DNA of 37,935 nucleotides from Nanobdellati archaeon (lineage in GTDB: Archaea > EX4484-52 > JAADEF01), in assembly GCA_015520895.1 (NCBI GenBank), contig WAPH01000009.1, positions 1 through 37,935 of the forward strand. The letters run 5' to 3'. Made by a program: the position numbers and the translations under genes. The stretch's first letter is position 1; each line of letters opens with the position of its first letter. Of the stretch, positions 34,248 to 37,935 are shown one piece after another. The notes below the pieces were generated by a model. That model was not told the DNA's origin. It searched no databases and worked only from the letters and a program-made list of their open reading frames with translations.

Positions 34248-34795
34248 TTTTTCTCACCTTTTTTATCGGTTCTGGTAAACTCATTTTCTATTTTATTTTT
34301 TAATTCTTCAAATGCTGAAACTACATCCTTTCCCAAATATGCTTTTATATGTTCTCCTTTGAGCCTAGATTCATCAGGTAATATAGTGGGATCATAAGGT
34401 ACTGAAACCCCTGCATCTATAATTCCTTTAACTAATGCATATATTCTTCCCTTTCTATGAGGTTTTCTTAATCCTACATCTAATATTACCTCTTTGATTC
34501 CTTTTTGTAATGCTATTTTACCTAAAACTAATCCTGTTAAATATGCTGATGGTAAATTTTTTACAGCATATTTCCATCCGTATTTCTTTTTAAGACTAGA
34601 TGAGTTGAATTGCGCTAATACATAATCCTGACCTTTCTCACTTTTCACTATTTGAGCAATAAATTGCGTATTAGTTATTCTTACTACTAATCTAGGTTTT
34701 CCGCTTAATAAATAAGCTAATCTTTTTTTATAATTTGTTTTTCCTTCTCTTCTTCTCCTTAAAGGAACTATATAATTTTTTGATGTAGCCATCAT
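34244..34795 (-). CDS. rpl18: Ribosomal protein uL18
   Basis: RRRREGKTNYKKRL...LVVRITNTQFIAQIV is typical of uL18. The start is at the ATG after the SD GGGGTGAT (34795 or 34792). Confidence 0.92.
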   Translation of the reverse strand: MMATSKNYIVPLRRRREGKTNYKKRLAYLLSGKPRLVVRITNTQFIAQIVKSEKGQDYVLAQFNSSSLKKKYGWKYAVKNLPSAYLTGLVLGKIALQKGIKEVILDVGLRKPHRKGRIYALVKGIIDAGVSVPYDPTILPDESRLKGEHIKAYLGKDVVSAFEELKNKIENEFTRTDKKGEKK

Positions 34796-34834
34796 GATCA
34801 CCCCAATAATTTCTAATCAATAATTTTTTAAAAT

Positions 34835-35287
34835 TTATGCACTTTCTTCTCTTTTTATTTTATGAATAAGCATTTTTAAATAGTTCTTAGTTCTTATTCT
34901 TCCTGCTGATATTTGGCTATAAAGTTTTCTATATTGTTTGGAATTAATAACACCTTTTTGTTTGAATTCTCTTAAGAGCCTTCTTACAGCTCTTACTTGC
35001 ATCATCCATATTTCTTTTTTAGATAATCTTGCAGTTTTTTTACCTTTTCTCTTACCTTGACCCTTTCTTCTTCCTTTTTTCTTTTGTTGAAGCAAATAAT
35101 TAGCACGTGCCCTGCTTACGCCTTTTATTTGTTTCTTTTTAATATAACCTTTGGCAATGAGTTCTCTTATCGCTTCTCTTGAAACTGCTTCTTTGATTTC
35201 GTTGAGATGTTGAGGATCAAACCATACTCTTTCTATTCCTACATCCATAACTTCTGCGGCTAATCTTTTTTGGTAGGATAGATCCAT
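34835..35287 (-). CDS. rpl19e: Ribosomal protein eL19
   Basis: QKRLAAEVMDVGIERVWFDP...GRRKGQGKRKGKK is typical of L19e. Confidence 0.93.
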   Translation of the reverse strand: MDLSYQKRLAAEVMDVGIERVWFDPQHLNEIKEAVSREAIRELIAKGYIKKKQIKGVSRARANYLLQQKKKGRRKGQGKRKGKKTARLSKKEIWMMQVRAVRRLLREFKQKGVINSKQYRKLYSQISAGRIRTKNYLKMLIHKIKREESA

Positions 35288-35293
35288 ATTTCA

Positions 35294-35884
35294 TCACTTT
35301 TTATTTTTTTTAGTTGTTTGTTTCTTAATAGGAGTTTTTTTACTTCCTTTACTCTTAGGAGTTTCTGTTTTTTCTTTCGACTTTTCTTCCTTTCCGCTTT
35401 TTTCCTTCTTCTCTTTATCTTTTTCTTCTTTTTTAACAGATAATGCGGCAATCATGTCTTTTAAACTACTAAATCCTTTCTTTTTAACTCTTGCTATTAT
35501 ATTTGCATTAAGTACATATATTTTTCGTTTTTTAGCTTCTTTTAATATTTCGAGTCTTTTCTTAAGGCCTACTTTGCTAGCGATTCTAATTGCCTCTTTT
35601 GAAGGATCTTTGATCTTGTTTAGATCCTTAACATTATTGACTATTATTTCTTTATAACCCGAAGGATGTATGTCTCTTGCTTCCTTTAACGTACCATAAC
35701 CTATGGAAACTTTAGCTCCTGCTCCTTTTATCGCTTTTCTTATTTTATTATGTCTGCCTCTTTGTTTTCTCCATATGTCTCCTAATTTTCGAGGATAACG
35801 AGAAGCATTAACTCTTTTAAAAGTAGGAATTCTTTTTTTCAATTCTTTTCTTTTTTCAACCAGGTCTTTTAATGCACCACTCAT
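35294..35884 (-). CDS. rpl32e: Ribosomal protein eL32, with a Lys/Glu-rich C-terminal tail
   Basis: WRKQRGRHNKIR...SIGYGTLKEARDIHPSGY is typical of L32e. The last 50 aa or so are low-complexity K/E/S. Confidence 0.9.
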   Translation of the reverse strand: MSGALKDLVEKRKELKKRIPTFKRVNASRYPRKLGDIWRKQRGRHNKIRKAIKGAGAKVSIGYGTLKEARDIHPSGYKEIIVNNVKDLNKIKDPSKEAIRIASKVGLKKRLEILKEAKKRKIYVLNANIIARVKKKGFSSLKDMIAALSVKKEEKDKEKKEKSGKEEKSKEKTETPKSKGSKKTPIKKQTTKKNKK

Positions 35885-35894
35885 TTTAACACCC

Positions 35895-36428
35895 TTACTT
35901 ATCCTTTTTTATAAGATATATGCCATCTAAGAATTTTCTTCTATCTCTTCCTCCTTTATTCTTAGTTGCAAGTTCTATATTAGCAGCAGTTTGACCTACA
36001 TGTTCCTTATTTATTCCTTTAACTATTATTAAATCTCCTTTTACTTCTACAGATGTATCGCCTATTATTCGAGCATATCTATTTCCTTTTTCTCCTAGAA
36101 AGTTAGAGATAACTACTTTATCCCCTTCTACTTTTACCGTCATAGGGAAGTGTACATAATAAACTTTAAGATGGTATTCATATCCTTTCTCAACTCCTTT
36201 TATCATGTTATTTATATGCGCTTTCCATGTGAACATTAAAGCTTTAATTTTTTTATTTTCTTTACGTGTTGATTTTATTTTAACTATTCTGTTATCAATA
36301 ATTATTTCTAAACCCGGATGAAAGAATTCTCTTTCTAGAGTTCCTTGTGGTCCTTCTATCCTTACAGTGTTATTTTGTAAACTTGCGTTTATCCCTTCAG
36401 GTAAATTTATGATCGCCTCTAACGCCAT
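35895..36428 (-). CDS. rpl6: Ribosomal protein uL6
   Basis: The two-domain uL6 pattern and its cluster position fit. SD AGGTGA is present. Confidence 0.94.
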   Translation of the reverse strand: MALEAIINLPEGINASLQNNTVRIEGPQGTLEREFFHPGLEIIIDNRIVKIKSTRKENKKIKALMFTWKAHINNMIKGVEKGYEYHLKVYYVHFPMTVKVEGDKVVISNFLGEKGNRYARIIGDTSVEVKGDLIIVKGINKEHVGQTAANIELATKNKGGRDRRKFLDGIYLIKKDK

Positions 36429-36436
36429 TTTTTCAC

Positions 36437-36826
36437 CTAATATACGTAAGCAATTAATGCTCCTCCATATTTTCCTTTGGCTTCTCTATGAGTCATTAAT
36501 CCTTTTGAGGTAGATACTATTATGATTCCTGTGTTTACTGCAGGTAAATATCTTTTTTCTTCTTCTAAGTATTCATTTTTCTTTACAAAAAATCTAGGCA
36601 TTATGGCTTTGCATTCGTTTATATGGTCTCCTAAAATAACTTTTATTTCCCCACCTTTTTCACTACTTAATACTTTGAAATCTTCTAGATATCCTTCTCG
36701 TTTCATTATCTCCAAAATATTTACTAACAATTTAGAATATTGACCTTTTATTATTACCTCTTTTTTTCCTCCAATTATTGCATTTTTAATAGTTGCTAAT
36801 GCATTTGCAACACTTTTTTTACTCAT
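36437..36826 (-). CDS. rps8: Ribosomal protein uS8
   Basis: ANALATIKNA...MKREGYLEDF...GGALIAYVY is typical of uS8. The start was moved to the ATG at 36826, 9 nt after the SD GAGGTG. Confidence 0.92.
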   Translation of the reverse strand: MSKKSVANALATIKNAIIGGKKEVIIKGQYSKLLVNILEIMKREGYLEDFKVLSSEKGGEIKVILGDHINECKAIMPRFFVKKNEYLEEEKRYLPAVNTGIIIVSTSKGLMTHREAKGKYGGALIAYVY

Positions 36827-36837
36827 TAATGTACACC

Positions 36838-37068
36838 TCATTCGTATTTTTTAAATCCTAATTCTTGTGCTATTTCTCTAAAGCATATTCTGCAATAATT
36901 CAATCCATATTTACTTGTGTGACCCCAACCTTTCCTTCCACATCTTATGCATACACTTTGTGCAAAGCCGAACTTTCTTTTCTTCGGTAAATTATGTTTT
37001 TCAAACACAGCTTTCTTCCCTGGTTTGTGTTCAATCTGCTTCAACATTCTTTCTGCATGGGATGCCAT
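36838..37068 (-). CDS. rps14: Ribosomal protein uS14 (zinc-ribbon type), with an N-terminal extension of about 20 aa
   Basis: C-terminal [37 protein letters not shown] has a CxxC...CxxC pattern. Confidence 0.9.
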   Translation of the reverse strand: MASHAERMLKQIEHKPGKKAVFEKHNLPKKRKFGFAQSVCIRCGRKGWGHTSKYGLNYCRICFREIAQELGFKKYE

Positions 37069-37076
37069 TATCTCAC

Positions 37077-37595
37077 CTATTCAATTATAATACCTAATTC
37101 TTTTTTAACAAATTCTATTGCTTCTTCTTTAGTTATTCTATGGTTTTTACCTATCTTGGATTTATAATATTTTCTTCTTTTTACTCTAAATCCAGGTCTT
37201 TCTAAATTAACGAACACTTCTAATCCCATCACACCAAGTTGAGGGTCGTATTTTATACCAGGAATGTCTAAATATTCTGCAATACCAAATCCAAAATTAC
37301 CGTTTTCATCGAAATTGTCAGGACTTAATTTACCGCCTTTTGCTTTTATTAAACGCAATAGTATTTCTTTAGCGTCTTTACCTCTTAATGTTACTTTTGC
37401 CCCAATAGGTAGTCCTCTTCTCACTTTAAATGTTCTTGCTTTTCGAGTAGCTTGAGTATAAATGGGTTTTTTACCCGTTATTTTTTCTAATAATGCATAA
37501 GCTCTTTCGCTGTCGGATGGAGCCTTTACACCGATATTTAATGTAACTTTCTCTATTTTTATTTTCCTCATTATGTTGTTCTCTTTATTGCTCAT
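37077..37595 (-). CDS. rpl5: Ribosomal protein uL5
   Basis: [15 protein letters not shown]...[18 protein letters not shown] is typical of uL5. The start was moved to the ATG at 37595; the track start is a GTG in an SD-like GTGAT. Confidence 0.94.
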   Translation of the reverse strand: MSNKENNIMRKIKIEKVTLNIGVKAPSDSERAYALLEKITGKKPIYTQATRKARTFKVRRGLPIGAKVTLRGKDAKEILLRLIKAKGGKLSPDNFDENGNFGFGIAEYLDIPGIKYDPQLGVMGLEVFVNLERPGFRVKRRKYYKSKIGKNHRITKEEAIEFVKKELGIIIE

Positions 37596-37666
37596 AGGTA
37601 TCACAACCTAAAACATATAAATCGCTACTTACACTACATTTTTAAGGATAAGTTAGTTTTAAAAAG

Positions 37667-37933
37667 TTAACTCTCTACGCTTAAAGGTTTTAAACTTAGC
37701 TTGTATCTGCTTATTACATAAAAAAAGAAGTAACTTACATAAGTATAAAACCTTATTATTATTGAAGTGAAACAAAAGAATCCAAAAGATTCATAAATTA
37801 AATAAAATAAATAAGAAAATGTCAATTCTTTAAAACCGAGACCATTAGGTATGAAAATTAATGCTATTAAATTTGATATTGCATTTATAAAAAGTAAGTG
37901 GCTTATATGTATGTTTATGTGAGGATTTATTAT
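37667..37933 (-). CDS. 3' part of a hypothetical membrane protein gene running off the right window edge
   Basis: Hand-checked minus-strand frame with 88 sense codons and no stop in DNA of very low GC, ending at TAA (37667-37669). The translation is Phe/Ile/Tyr-rich and hydrophobic (...LIALIFIPNGLGF...FGFFCFTSIIIRFYTYVSYFFFYVI...). It is missing from the ORF track, presumably because the start is off-window. Confidence 0.45.
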   Translation of the reverse strand: MINPHINIHISHLLFINAISNLIALIFIPNGLGFKELTFSYLFYLIYESFGFFCFTSIIIRFYTYVSYFFFYVISRYKLSLKPLSVES

Positions 37934-37935
37934 AC

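Noticed and set aside
35260-35451. 63-aa Lys-rich ORF in an alternative frame of the eL32 tail
   Set aside because: It arises from the poly-purine (AAG/AAA) low-complexity tail of eL32 read in another frame and overlaps the eL19 start. This is a frame artefact.

Overview
AT-rich (roughly 30% GC by eye), very compact archaeal chromosome segment. The gene content is archaeal: aEF-2, Cdc48/VCP, FtsY, Sec61beta, SecY, DUF106, eL14/eL34/eL19/eL32, Elp3, RadB, an intron-containing tRNA with a BHB motif, and TATA-driven leaderless genes. Small proteins, broken operons, split genes and unassignable membrane proteins are reminiscent of a reduced, DPANN-like lineage, but no taxonomic search was possible. 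All product calls come from motifs I recognise in the translations, not from database hits.

Layout:
- 1-1393: integrase plus AbrB-like ORF abutting tRNA-Leu, the probable end of an integrated element that continues off the left edge. An orphan 5S rRNA follows.
- 1.9-7.7 kb: aEF-2, then a type IV pilus assembly module (ATPase plus two single-domain platform proteins).
- 7.8-12.1 kb: intron-containing tRNA-Thr, long-form Cdc48, then a minus-strand tRNA-His/ftsY/yjbQ unit.
- 12.5-16.9 kb: NOG1-type GTPase, sugar epimerase, His-phosphatase, a class-III-signal pilin, and a circularly permuted GTPase.
- 17.1-21.9 kb: gyrA, an editing-domain-less thrS, and ftsZ.
- 21.9-22.8 kb: a 400-bp AT-rich spacer carrying a TTAGCCCT repeat array, then RNase P RNA fused to the end of sec61beta.
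- 22.85-24.8 kb: a tightly coupled four-gene operon of unassignable membrane/surface proteins.
- 24.8-30.1 kb: cation/H+ antiporter, radB, elp3, a wHTH-peroxiredoxin pair, and an Lrp regulator.
- 30.2-37.6 kb: the distal half of the archaeal ribosomal protein supercluster (uL5 to uL15, secY, DUF106, eL34, eL14).

Start codons: several ORF-track starts are GTG/TTG codons lying inside Shine-Dalgarno motifs (GGTGAT). I moved those starts to the downstream ATG. First genes of transcription units show a recurrent TTTAAAT(A/T)-N20-21-ATG pattern, implying leaderless mRNAs.

Best candidates for something undescribed:
- the four-gene membrane operon (22854-24793);
- the TTAGCCCT iteron-like array flanking ftsZ;
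- the tRNA-His/ftsY punctuation junction;
- the roughly 158-aa insertion in Cdc48 D1;
- the integrase-marked element at the left edge.
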